DNA of 64,000 nucleotides from positions 14,074,001-14,138,000 of the forward strand of contig OZ024763.1 of the NCBI GenBank assembly GCA_964016885.1, in the 5' to 3' direction. The first letter of the stretch is position 1. Every line of letters starts with the position of its first letter. The notes beneath the pieces are model-generated. The model made no database searches. It was given only the letters and a program-made list of their open reading frames with translations, and was not told the origin of the DNA. Positions 12,477-24,858 of this stretch are shown here, piece after piece. Made by a program: the position numbers and the translations under genes. The stretch is from Eledone cirrhosa (taxonomy: Eukaryota).

Positions 12477-12765
12477 TCACTGTGTATTTCTCCCGTCTTT
12501 GTCCAAGGAGTAGAGTTTCAGTTCTTTTAGCCAGTCCCAGTATCTTATCTCCTTCATCATTGCAATCCTCTTGGTGTAGCTTCGTTGGATTGCCTCAAAC
12601 TCCATGGTTAGTTTGACACTATGGGGTGACCACAGCTGGGAGCAATAGTCCAGGCGGCTTAGGACAAATATCCTCCATAGTATCAACATGGTTTTTTGGT
12701 CTCTTGTCCGGGAAGTCCTCAAGATCCAGCCAGCGAGTCGTCTGCACATTGTTGCCACCCTCATG
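12477..12765 (-). mobile_element. CR1/L2-like LINE reverse-transcriptase C-terminal fragment
   Basis: GWILRT...VLSRLDYCSQLWSP...EAIQRSYTKRI...YWDWLKELKLYSL. Confidence 0.85.
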
Positions 12766-13780
12766 ATGTATAGGTAGACAGCTAGAATTTGAACAGGAAA
12801 AACAGAAAAACATAATGATGGAATAAAGCTTACTTCTGTTATTTTGATTTGTTGATATGCTCCATGCTGAAATTTGGTGTTGTTTTCTCAAAGCAGTGGT
12901 TGAAATATATAACAGCAAAAATGAATAGACTAAGTTAATTTTAACCTGTTTACTTACATTTCTTATTTTTAAATTACTCCGGAGTAAACAGGCCCACCTG
13001 CGCACTTCGTGGAGTGCTCTACCCTGCATACTGAAGTGTCAGTAATTAATCAACATATACTAGAATATATATATGTATATATATATGGGATAACAAATTA
13101 TCGTTATAGGTAATCTAGTTAGAGGTTGTGAATACTCCGTATTGTGGATAGTTTTAACGTACGCCGTTGTTTGATTCAACAAGAGGTTTCCATAGTTAGG
13201 CAGCGAGTTCTCGGGAATTCTTATGTAGGTTAATCTTGGAGTAATAATAGTGAAAGAGTGAAGAATAACATACGAGTAAGATATGGTCACCTGATCAATC
13301 TTGCCTCAAGTGGGACAATTCCCGTCTAACCCATGCTAGCGTGGAAGATGGACGTTAAAGACTTCATTTATACCATAAACGTGGTTTTGTCTTTGCGTGT
13401 AATTGTTCTCACCGCTCCAAATAATGACGTATTATCTTCACTTTTTTTCCGTTCATTGCCAGGGAACGTCTCTTTGAACCAAAGTATCGTCTTCCTGTTT
13501 TCCTTCAGTTGCAACGTTTTTCGAAATATTTACTTCTGCGTTCACAGATTGATTTTTTTAGTTTCAGAAGATCCCGTTAAGGGTGAAAGCAGCGATTCTT
13601 TGCTTAAACTTTAATCTGTTATTTAAAAAAAAATATATATATATATATGCTGAGGTTATATTTAATTTGTTGGGATTCAACAAGCTTAAACATTTTTATA
13701 ACTGATATAAAGCACTCAACAGTTTAGTGGAGTAAATACACAATATATTAATAAATGGAACCTATATTTATAAAACCATA

Positions 13781-13850
13781 TTTATTTTATTATACATATT
13801 TCAAGGGCAACCAAGGCAAATTATGGTGCGCTTTCATCAGATAAAATACA
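13781..13850 (-). ncRNA. Type-I hammerhead ribozyme, intact core
   Basis: Minus strand: tgTATTTTAT CUGAUGA aagcgcacc-loop-ggttgccctt GAAA tatgta UA ATAAAATA; 8-bp stem I, imperfect stem II, minimal stem III. Confidence 0.7.
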
Positions 13851-13899
13851 GATTTGTTTTATAAATAAATATTGACATACCCGGAAATATATTTTTTAG

Positions 13900-14124
13900 G
13901 ACAAGGATTCTACGGTTGTGAAGTTGTTTGTTGACAATGATCAGAAGCCAGTTCGGACAACCAAGATCCGACTCCAGGACACCTGGAGTGAACAAGTTCC
14001 TCTCAACAGCTACGCCAACATGCCAATACAACTACAGGTGTTTACGTCAGTAGCCCTTAACGACGTCGAGGAAGAAGAACCAGAATTTGAAGACCGGCTG
14101 AACGGCTACCTTGGTCTCATGTAG
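13900..14124 (+). CDS. Possible orphan terminal exon (74 codons plus stop), product unknown
   Basis: ATTTTTTAG|GAC acceptor, open frame DKDSTVVKLF...GYLGLM*, non-repetitive composition; no upstream exon found. Confidence 0.25.
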   Translation, partial: DKDSTVVKLFVDNDQKPVRTTKIRLQDTWSEQVPLNSYANMPIQLQVFTSVALNDVEEEEPEFEDRLNGYLGLM

Positions 14125-15039
14125 AACTGGACATTGGTCAAACAGCTAATTTTGGCCTCTTGTAATTGTAACGCTAACCAACAACACTAACACCACTATT
14201 TCAGTCCAGAAATAGCCGTCGAAACGGCTTGAGCTCTGCCGTCGGGGTTAAACATTTTCCTATTACCCACTCTACTACCCTAAGTATTGAGTACTTTGGT
14301 GCATTATGGTCCATCTGGTTCCTTACCAGACTTCCTTCGTTATATATATATATATATCCATCCATCTATAAGATGGGCACACAAATCTAAACTGCCACTC
14401 AAATATTTTTCAAATGAAATTTCTTTTTCTTTCTATGAGTGAAATATTTGAAAGTAATTTGTTTAAAGTATATATACAGACAAACTACACACATATATAC
14501 ATTTTTAATACAACCAGATACACTTAGGCTTCATCACAAACAGTGTATAGACCATTCCACTAGTATATACACTGATAAACACATTCTCACATGTTCTCCT
14601 TTTTCTATTTCCTAATCTCTAAACTATTGTATTCTCCTGATGAAGGACTATTATCCGATATGTCAAACTTTTTCTCTCTTTCATCCAAAGTGTGAAATTA
14701 ATAGACTAATTGTTTTTGTATCTCCGTGTTGTTTCCTTGAGCAAGACACTTTATTTCACATTGCTCCAGTTTACTCAGCTGTAGAAATGAGATGTTAGGA
14801 CTGGGGTCACTATCATTCCACTGCAAAGTGGTCGTGGAAGTGCCATGGCAAAAAAGCACCCAGCACTCACTGTAAATGAGGTTGGTGTTAGGAAGGGCAT
14901 CCAGCTGTAGAAATCAAGCCAGAATCAGTTCCCGTCCCACCCTTGCAAGCAGGGAAAAGCGGACGTAAAATGATATACTACACTACTTTGTCATTTATAT
15001 ATATATATCATCATCATCGTTTTTACGTCCGCTTTTTCA

Positions 15040-15312
15040 TGGGTCCTTCTCAGCATTGCATCTTTCCACTTGTCTCTGCCAGTCTTAGCGATTTGAGGTC
15101 CGCTCTCACAACCTCTTCCCAGGTCTTTCTGAGACATACTCTATTGCAGTTTCCTTCTGTGATTTCTTCACCTATCGGTCATTGTCCATGTTCGTACAAG
15201 CACAGTCTTCTCTCCTGCAGACCTTGGATTCCCCTCAAGCCCAGCTTTTTTCTTAGCTCATCTAAGGTCTGCCTTTCCCTCACATTTACATTCCACATCC
15301 AATGAAACATAG
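15040..15312 (-). mobile_element. RTE LINE 3' fragment
   Basis: Reverse complement similar to 55670-55980 (LRKKLGLRG, QERRL, KTWEEVVRADL). Confidence 0.65.
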
Positions 15313-15343
15313 TTGCTTCATTTCTCACAACCTATGTTTCATT

Positions 15344-15590
15344 ACCAGGAGAGGCGGTTGCGCTGGTATGGACATGTGATGCGTATGAAGGATGACAGCT
15401 GCATAAAAAGGTGCAGAGCACTAGAAGTCGATGGAAACCGCGGAGTGGGGAGACCCAAGATAACTTGGGCTGAGGTGATAAAAGCCGACCTTACCCAATT
15501 ACACCTCTCAAAGGCGATGACACACGACCGTGACCTCTGGCGTCACGCAGTAATACAGAGTACCCGACCTCCCATGGGTACAAGCTGAAG
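15344..15590 (+). mobile_element. RTE (BovB-like) LINE 3' fragment
   Basis: QERRLRWYGHVMRM...GRPKITWAEVIKADL...DRDLWR. Confidence 0.85.
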
Positions 15591-16459
15591 CATATAGACA
15601 ATATGCCCCCACACCCCCCACCGAAAGGTGGTCGTGGAGGTGCCACGGCAAAAAAGCACCCAGCCCACACTGTAAAGTGGACGTGTAGGCGCCACGAAAA
15701 AGCACCCAGTACTCACTGTAAATGAGGTTGGTGTTAGGAAGGGCATCCAGCTGTAGAAATCAAGCCAGAATCACTTCCTGTATGAGCAAGACATGGTCAG
15801 CTGACCAGACACTGCCCACAACAAGACAACCCGTCTAACCCATGCTAGCGTGGAAGAACGGACGTAAAACGGTGATGATATATATATATATATATATGTA
15901 TACACACACACATACATATATGATCGCCGCCACTCGATTTCGAGTAATGTCGTCACTTGATACTTAAGCATGATTATCACGGACAGGGTTTTTTAGTCCT
16001 GCTATGGCCAGCAATATCACGCATCACACAAAATGTCACATATCAAGCGATGCCTGTGCTTGAAGCTTTTAAAGTAAGGAATGACTTTGCACAGGGCCAA
16101 TCCTGCGATAGACCAGCGTCCTATCCAGGGAGAGTCTTGTACTCTCAGACACTTGAAACCTGGTGATAAACTTTACAGAACAGACTTTAACTTAATTATA
16201 TATATACTAAATCTTAAATTGTTGATTGATACTAATTAATAAAATCGACAGTTTGCATATTTTTTATTTATTTCCAAAAACAGATTAGTTACCATCTTGA
16301 AGTATATTTACTTACATGTTACTTCCGTATCATTCCATTTCCATTTCTATAAATGGAATGATAGTGAAGTAACACGGAATATATTTTAAGGCGTGTTATC
16401 TCGCTTCCTTCCTGTTTCTTTGTATATATTTTAAAAAATAAAGTAAGACTAATTTACTC

Positions 16460-16788
16460 AGTAGAATTGCGGCTTCGCGTGGCGATGCGCGTAGTGGTTC
16501 GGACTTTGTCGCCTACTTATGTATGGCGTGACCATTCTGTGTGTCTGAAGATCGAATAGTTGCGGTGGCATGCGGCCTTGTTGGCACCCGGGACTATTTG
16601 CAGGCTGGCTATATGCTGGCCTGTGTCTTGGACCGCGCGAGGAATCCATCTTTCCCACTTTTGCTCTAAATTTGATTAGAGTTATCTCCCTTTATTTAGA
16701 GTGACTTCCCCTTTATGGAATTCTTTTTTTTTTTATTGACTTCCGGTCAAAATCATTCTGGATATTATATTCATGTCAAGAGGTATGT
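16460..16788 (+). promoter_or_regulatory. CpG-rich promoter-like segment with ETS site and candidate first splice donor
   Basis: Local CpG/GC enrichment 16460-16650; AGAGTTATCTCCCTT; GACTTCCGG (ETS-like) at ~16738; AG|GTATGT at 16782/16783. Confidence 0.35.
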
Positions 16789-18970
16789 AATGTTTTTATT
16801 TGCTCAACCTTCTCTCTATGCATGTTATTAGATACACTATATGTCATTAACTCTCACATTAATGTTTTATTTGCCGTGTATTAGGCTTGTACATTTTATT
16901 CTAAGAAACTAAACCCCTTTCTAGCACTTCTAAAAATCATAACTAAACACATACATACAGCTACATTTTATCTTTCTGGCACTTCTTCACCCACATTCTT
17001 TCTTTTAACATAAACAAACTAGACATAGTTATTCTTTATATATACATCTTTTTCTTTTTCTAAGAAATAAGAAACTAAACTTTCTTTCAGCGCTATATAC
17101 AAACGTTGCTCTCTTTAGTTATTCAACACACACACATTTTATTATCTTGTCTAACTTATAGTATAAGATGTAGCGTGCCATGACTGGCTCTAGATACTGT
17201 ATCATGTTTTGTACGTGGGTAGTACCCTCTTCTGCTGCTAATTAAGTCACCTAGGTATGAACCACTTCTATTACCCCTGTGCATCTTTTATATAAAGTCG
17301 TCAGATAATTTAACTTACTTTGTCACACTGAATCGCCCTGAGAATTACTTCATCTATGGTCTTAGTTTCTTTTCATACACTTGATGGGACTGCATGGCTA
17401 ACGTAGGTCCCTTCTGTATATATATATATATATATACTTACATATTTTAAAAGACAAAATTGAAAGAATTTTATAAAGTTTAACATTTGTTTTATTGACA
17501 ACGTATGTAAATGGCTTTCATCGTTTTTCTTATTTCATTACAGATGTCCAGCCTTCTTAGTCATATGCCGTGTTGTTTGTAACCACAGAGTATGTACAAG
17601 TCGGAATGGCGAAGTTATCTGTTAATAAAGAAATGTTTACATATTATATACGAATTGTGTTCAGTTTATTTTAACAAAAAACACTTGAGCGCTGAGGCTC
17701 ATGAACAAAGAAAATCTCCACATATTATATACGAGTTATGTTACTATTAGCCTTATAAATCATCGAAAGAAGAGAGGTCTACATTCTAAAAATCTCTGTT
17801 ATAATCGATATATATATAATTGTTTCTACTTTTGGCACAAGGCCAGTAATATGTAGAAGTGTCTAAGAATGTAAATGAAGTGTGTTTGAAAATGTAAAGA
17901 AAAAAAAAAATATATATATATAAGTACATTTGGCTGCTATTTCTGGCAGGTTTAGAATTTACTATTTTCCAAACAGAATTCTGTTTTACACCCCTCACTC
18001 TGAACTCAATTTCAAATTACCGAGGAGTTTGTTGAAGCAGGTTTCAACTGAAATATCTACACCGGTAACTTAATTAGTGTTACACCGGTATCCCGTAGGC
18101 ATAACTTCGAATGAGGTACTGGTTTTTTCGCTGTCTTAAATGGAGTATATACGCACACAATGCTTATATATAAATTAATGTTTTTCCTCTGTACAAAGAG
18201 ATTGACATCATTTCTTAAATCATTATTTAGGGTTTTACAACAAAATATATTGTATGTGTAATTATACATACATTGAATTTAAGTATTTATTTTTTAATTT
18301 TACATACACTTTAGTAGTGTATATATATATATATATATTCATTTGTGTGTGCGTTAATTTCGTAGGTAACCGTTAACGTTCGTCTCGTGTTGGGTTTTAT
18401 TCCAGAGTTAAAGCGACTAGAGTGTGAATAATAAAGTAAGAAAGATCGAAAACACTTGCTGTATATATATATATATATATAAATTTTATTGGCACATTAG
18501 AATTGTTTCAATATTGATAGCTCCGCAGTACACAATCATAATATGTATATATTTTTCACATGAAATCAATATTCAAACTGACCCCAGTGTGTTTATTTTA
18601 AAGTAACGTAATTCTACCTCCCAGGGATTTGAACACAGTTTCATGTTACTGGGTGGTACAATGAAGCAGAGAATATAAAATCGCTACACAGGTGACATAT
18701 TTAGTGTTTCACCGGTTTTCTTATAATACACTGGATACGACGTGCATGATAGAGGTAAATGAAATCATCATTATTTTACATTGACGCTATACATATGTTC
18801 ATGCATAGAGTATACACCCCCCATATATATATATATATATATGCAAAAGTTTTATTTAAAATTGTTGGGTTACAACGAGTAAATATTTTATAACTGATAT
18901 AAAGCACTCAACAAGTTTTGGAGTAGATATACGATATTAAACAAATGGAAACTATATTTATAAAACCATA

Positions 18971-19040
18971 TTTATTTCATTATACATATTTCAGGGATAC
19001 CATATTAAAAATATGGCATGCCTTATTTAGATAAAATACA
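18971..19040 (-). ncRNA. Hammerhead ribozyme relic (core mutated to CUAAAUA)
   Basis: Same flanks and stem I/III as the 13781 copy; long stem II retained. Confidence 0.5.
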
Positions 19041-19460
19041 ATATATAAGCAGTTTTATAAATAAATTTGACGTACCATAAATATTGTTCAACTTCCATTT
19101 AAAAAAGTTGGTTTGGTAGTATATATATATATAATTCAGATGATAAAAGTTGGTTGATCGTATAATCGGCCGACCTTTTTGTAAACAACCGTAATGCACT
19201 CTACGATTTGTATTGCTTAGGGTTTTCTCGGTAATGTGTTAACCGGAGTTTCAATATAATGAATAAGAGAGACGTTTATGTATGAATAAAACCGTATGTA
19301 TGTATGCACACACACACATATATATATATATATAAACATGTATATTTATGTATAAAATATATTTGTATATGTATGAATGTATATATATATATATATATAT
19401 ATACTGCCAATACTGGATTTGAACCATCAAGACTGTTGAGGTATGTCATACATCAATTCA

Positions 19461-19530
19461 TGTATTTTATCTGACGAGGACGTACTGAAAAAACAGCACA
19501 GTACTTTCGAAATATATATAATAAAACATA
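19461..19530 (+). ncRNA. Type-I hammerhead ribozyme, intact core
   Basis: TGTATTTTAT CUGACGA GGACGTACTG-loop-CAGTACTTTC GAAA TATATA UA ATAAAACATA; stems I and II each 9/10 paired. Confidence 0.75.
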
Positions 19531-20285
19531 TTTTGATTATGTGAATGTCTTCATTTATTAATATTTTGAATAATATCAATAACTCCAGAAAACTTCTTTG
19601 TAGAGTGCTTTTAATCTATTGTAAAACTATATTCATTGAGTAATCAATGAACCATATTAATCTTTGGTTAGGTATATATAGTAAAGTTTATATTTTATTT
19701 TATGTATTCACTGCTGAGTGAAGTTAAGTGACCTCTCATTTATTTGCTCTAATTTATTTTACTAATCTGTATTCTGAAGACATATTTTCGTTGGTGTACC
19801 TTACGATTTTGTTGATGAAATTTCTCTCGTCTTTAGATCATTATTTCTTATAAAAGTTATAATACTCACCTCTTCCCATTACATCTATATTTTACTTCTG
19901 GAATACTGTATTATCATTTATATTTTCGTGTCCATATTATTAAATAATAAGGTTGTTATGTAATATTTACAATACCGACTATAGATAAGGGGAAGTGGGG
20001 AGGGTAATTATTTAATCAGAGCTAATCCCACACCCTCTGTTTTTAGATTACACCAGGGTTTCCCAACATGGGTGATTTCATATATACATACACATGTATA
20101 TATATTTACACATATATCGACAAATGTATATAAATGTCTTCACACACGATCGACTGTCGATATATATAAGGACATTTAAATAAATCTAAGGTAAAAGACT
20201 AATTGTCAACAATATCTTTTGCATTTGCCTTCTTTATTCTATGTCCATACCTGCATTGTTTTGGCTTTATTATACATATACAAAC

Positions 20286-20378
<93 letters not shown>

Positions 20379-21121
20379 ACATCTATGTAAATATACATAT
20401 ATATTAAAAACATATACCATCATAATAACGATTGACTAACCGTCAGGACACATGCTCGCTCTTGTGAAAATTCTCACAGACACTTACGAAATCCGAACTT
20501 GCTACCCCACGTACACTTACATACACAGACGAGGTATGACTTATATAGGTACATCAAAGTTTATGTTCCACTCTTGCTCCATTCGAGGTAGATAAAACGA
20601 AGTACCAGTATAGTACCGGGGTCGTTTCTTCTTCTATATCTTTTTCTTACTTCCGTTCTCCTACTCTCTATCCTTCTCTGGAAAAATATCTCCTCTGATC
20701 AGATCTGGGGTAGAGATGCTATCTGTCAGCTTTCACAAAATACTTTCGACACCCCGAATGTCAATGTGGCACCTCTACGACTCCCTCACAAGTTATGGGA
20801 CCTTACAGACATACATAGCAACATCAGACAAATCCTTTATGTAGATCTCTTTTACTCGATGATGGAAGACAAGTTTTCAGTGAGTCAGAAAGGAATATTT
20901 GCGATATGAAGGGAGAACCTCTCTGAATAAATATTAGATAGTTAAGATGCTACGTAAAGCAGGCGGTGACAACATCGAGGACCAGAGATGCCATGTGGAA
21001 ATCGACATCGACATATAAATATACAAAGATAGGGGGACCTTATCATCATAGACACTTGGGCTTATGAATACACACACAAATATATATTTATATATATACG
21101 TGTGTGTGTGTGTGTGTGTGT

Positions 21122-21154
<33 letters not shown>

Positions 21155-21156
<2 letters not shown>

Positions 21157-21238
21157 GCAGGACTAGAACGGTTTCATTCGGAAGAAATCAAGTGCTTTCC
21201 TGATGATTTCTTCCGAATGAAACAGTTCTATCTTGTAG
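21155..21238. repeat. Palindromic foldback/MITE-like element
   Basis: ~35-bp arms CTGCAGGACTAGAACGGTTTCATTCGGAAGAAATCA / TGATTTCTTCCGAATGAAACAGTTCTATCTTGTAG; copies at ~37891, ~43598 and (inverted) 55437-55547. Confidence 0.75.
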
Positions 21239-24200
21239 AAGCCATTTCTATATTAAATATTATTTATTAAGTATCTATACTCTATGTAATGAGTACCTTA
21301 TTTACTGTGGTTACCGCCGATTGAACCCGGGATAAACATAGGTGTACGGTGTCCTGTCACACATCACTACATCTTCGAGTAAATGTTGATTAGTAAACAA
21401 AACCGTGTATCTCACATGTAAGAGGAAAACTATAGCAAGTGTTGAGGATAAGAGACGTGTGAAGATAATAATAATAGTGTTAAAATTATTAATAGTAGTA
21501 GTTGTAATGATAAAGTGAGGAGGACAACATTATTATAAATACTTATGTACACACAAGCTTACATAGGTACACGTATCTACACACATACGTACATAAACGT
21601 TTATAAATATAAGACGAAGCTGATAAAAAGAACATTACCGTATCACGTTTGGAACGTTACACTTGACGTTGAGTTCTTGAATCTGATCCCATCATCCTTT
21701 GCTGATACGATTATTGCACACACAACACAAGTTTAAAGAGTTGCCTGTTTAGAAACAATATTTCTAGGCCGCCATCTATTCACTAAGGTATGACAGTTGA
21801 AGAACATCACTGGACATCAGCTGGTCATTGGATGAAATAAACCTAAAGGGAAGAATAAAAGTCATGATATATTTTCTGAAAACTCCAGAAAAGTAAAAAC
21901 CAAGTCGACTCGTTTGAGGTATTAAGTCTGAGAAAGCCATGAACACCACCACGTCAATTAAGCTTCGAAAATAGGTTTATATATATATATATATATATTA
22001 ATTTTCAGTATATTTTTGGCCTATTGGTAGGTGTTAGAGATGGTGGAGATCGAAATTAGTAAAAATCCCTTATTTTATATAGATCCAGACCAGGATCTCC
22101 ACCGTCTCTCATACCTCCCACTAGGCTACAGAGACAGCTTGAAAATAATATTACTTTTTATTTTGGAAGATTAATTGAAGTGGTGGCGTTCATGCCTTTC
22201 TTAATGTTGCTGTTATTAGAAAGGGTCGACTTTATCTTTCATAATTCAGGGTCTTTCATGAAGTAAATATTCATTTTATTTCCTAATTCCCTAGAGTTGA
22301 TTTGAACCTACAATGATTTCGTCTGCAATACTGTTCACTAATTTCAAATCTGCCATAACTAAATCCTGTGTGCGACTTACAAATAAATTGTTAAACGTCA
22401 CCTTTTATCAATGTAAGATTGGAACCTACAGTGATGTGCTTTGCAGTAATGTCCCGTAACTCCAACTAGATTGCGCTAAGCTTGTATATTTCTTTCGTCC
22501 GAATAACAATGGTTTCGATCCCAGTTCGCTACTGGTACAAGAAATTCTATATCCCCAGCTAAATATTGAACTCCTAACGACATTTTATGTTACTCAATAC
22601 CAATAACCCCGTTACACACTGAACATCTAAGCCCTGAACACACATTTATATTTATAACTCAATTTCTAATTTTTAAATGATATTACACCACCTTTGTGTT
22701 CTCGGTGGATATTAATTTACAATTTTATAGCAGAAAAATAGAGTACCAGTCATTTTATAGGTTCAATTTAATCGATCGGCCCCCCCCCCTAAATCATTTG
22801 ACATTTGTCAAACGAAGACACACAAACAGTATATATATATATAATACGATAAATTATGTGTTTAATTAAGAAGAAGAATTATTGAAAGTAAGAAATTATA
22901 ATTATTTAGTAATAATATTTTTATTGTTTGTTTTCACTGCATTAACTGCGGAATGTTACTTATTTTTCTTCTGTAAATTGCGGTTGAGACGTTATTGGAT
23001 TATTACTAAGGTTTACTGGATGATGGCGTTTCCTTCTTACATTATTTTACAAACAGTGGACATCGGAACATCCCTCTATATACCTGGGATAAATGTAAGG
23101 AGCATTGTGATGTTATACATAGTACAATGGTCATCTCTTTCCCCAATTCTGTATTTAGAAGTCCTTTCATTATTTTAAATATTTCTATCATGTCACTCGT
23201 TTGATTAATCTCCTCCAAAGTTGTAATTCTAAGTGTTTGTCCTTGGTATAGTGAACTAATGTTGATATTTTCAAGTCTTGACATTTATATTTTATCCTGT
23301 CTCCCCTAAGATTTTAGATTTTTCAGCATTTAGTTAAGAAAAAGAACGTTTTATTATTTCCATTATCCGTCTCGCTGTTTTGCTTCAACATGGTTAGCCA
23401 TCTTTCAATTCTTACATATTCACAATTCTTCAGAGAGAAACAAGAGAGATGAGAAACGAGAGAGAGATCGAGAGAAAAGTAAAAACCAAGTCAACTTGTT
23501 TGTGGTATTAATAAGTCTGAGAAAGCCATGAACACCACCACGTCAATTAAGCTTCGAAAATAGAAAGTAGATTTATATATATATTAATTTTCAGTATATT
23601 TTTGTAGCCGTCTCGTTGGCCTATTGGTAGGTGTTAGAGACGGTGGAGATTAGTAAAACCCCCTTATTTTATATAGATTAATTGAAGTGGTGGCGTTTAT
23701 GCCTTTCTTAATGTTGCTGTTATTAGAAAGGGTCGACTTTGTCTTTCATGAAGTAAATATTCATTTTATTTCTTAACTCCCTAGAGTTGATTTGAACCTA
23801 CAATTACTTCGTCTGCAATAATGTTCACTAATTTCAAATCTGTCATAACTAAATCCTGTGTGCGACTTAGAAATAAATTGTTAAATGTCACTTTTATATA
23901 TTTACCAATGTAAGATTGGAACCTACAGTGATGTGCTTTGCAGTAATGTCCCGTAACTCCATCTAGATTGCACTAAGCTTGTATATTTCTTTCGTCCGAA
24001 TAACAATGGTTTCGTTCCCAGTTCGCTACTGTTACAAGAAATTCTATATCCCCAGCTAAATATTGAACTCCTAACGACATTTCATGTTATACCAATAACC
24101 CCATTACACACTGAACATCTAAGCCCAGAACACACATTTATAACTCAATTTCTAATTTTTAAATGATATTACCTTTGTGTTCTCGGTGGATATTAATTTA

Positions 24201-24553
24201 CAATTTTATAGCAGAAAATAGAGTACCAGTCATTTTATAGGTTCAATTTAATCGATCGGCTTCTCCCTATCAATCACTTGACATTTGCCAAACAAAGACA
24301 CACAAACAGTATACGACAAATTTGAAATAAATTGTGTTTAATTAAGAAAAATAATTATTGAAAGTAAGTAATAATATTTTTATTGTTTGTTTTCACTGCA
24401 TTTACTGCTGAGTGCGACTTATTTTTCTTACTATTTTCTACTGTAAATGGCGGCTGCCACGATATTGGATTATTACTAAGGTTTACTGGATGATGGCGTT
24501 TCCTTATTGTATTATTTTACAAACAGGATAACTTTCTAAATACCTGGAATGCA

Positions 24554-24588
<35 letters not shown>

Positions 24589-24672
24589 CTCTCTTCATCC
24601 TCAGAACAATGGTCATCTCTTATATTTACATTTTCTTCAATTCTGTATTTTAAAATATTTCATTATTTTAAA

Positions 24673-24858
24673 TGGATTGGCAGTATCGGTAGAGGGTCGG
24701 ACGCCATGCTTTGACGTATAGAGTTACGGCCCTTGCCATTCGGAGTTCAAATCCCGCCGAGGTTAACTTTGCCTTTCATCCTTACGGAGGTCGATAAAAT
24801 AAAGTACCAGTAATGCACTGGGTTATTGCTGGCCTTGTGCCAAACGTAGAAACAATTA
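24673..24858 (+). mobile_element. Nin-type SINE
   Basis: A/B boxes and Nin core. Confidence 0.85.

Noticed and set aside
14637-14665. Hammerhead-like CTGATGA-AGGA..TCC-GATA
   Set aside because: GAAA is mutated and stem I is unclear; at most a Penelope LTR relic
20884-21065. Conserved-looking block in five unit copies as a coding exon
   Set aside because: Shared in-frame stop on plus, indels between copies, no consistent splice sites
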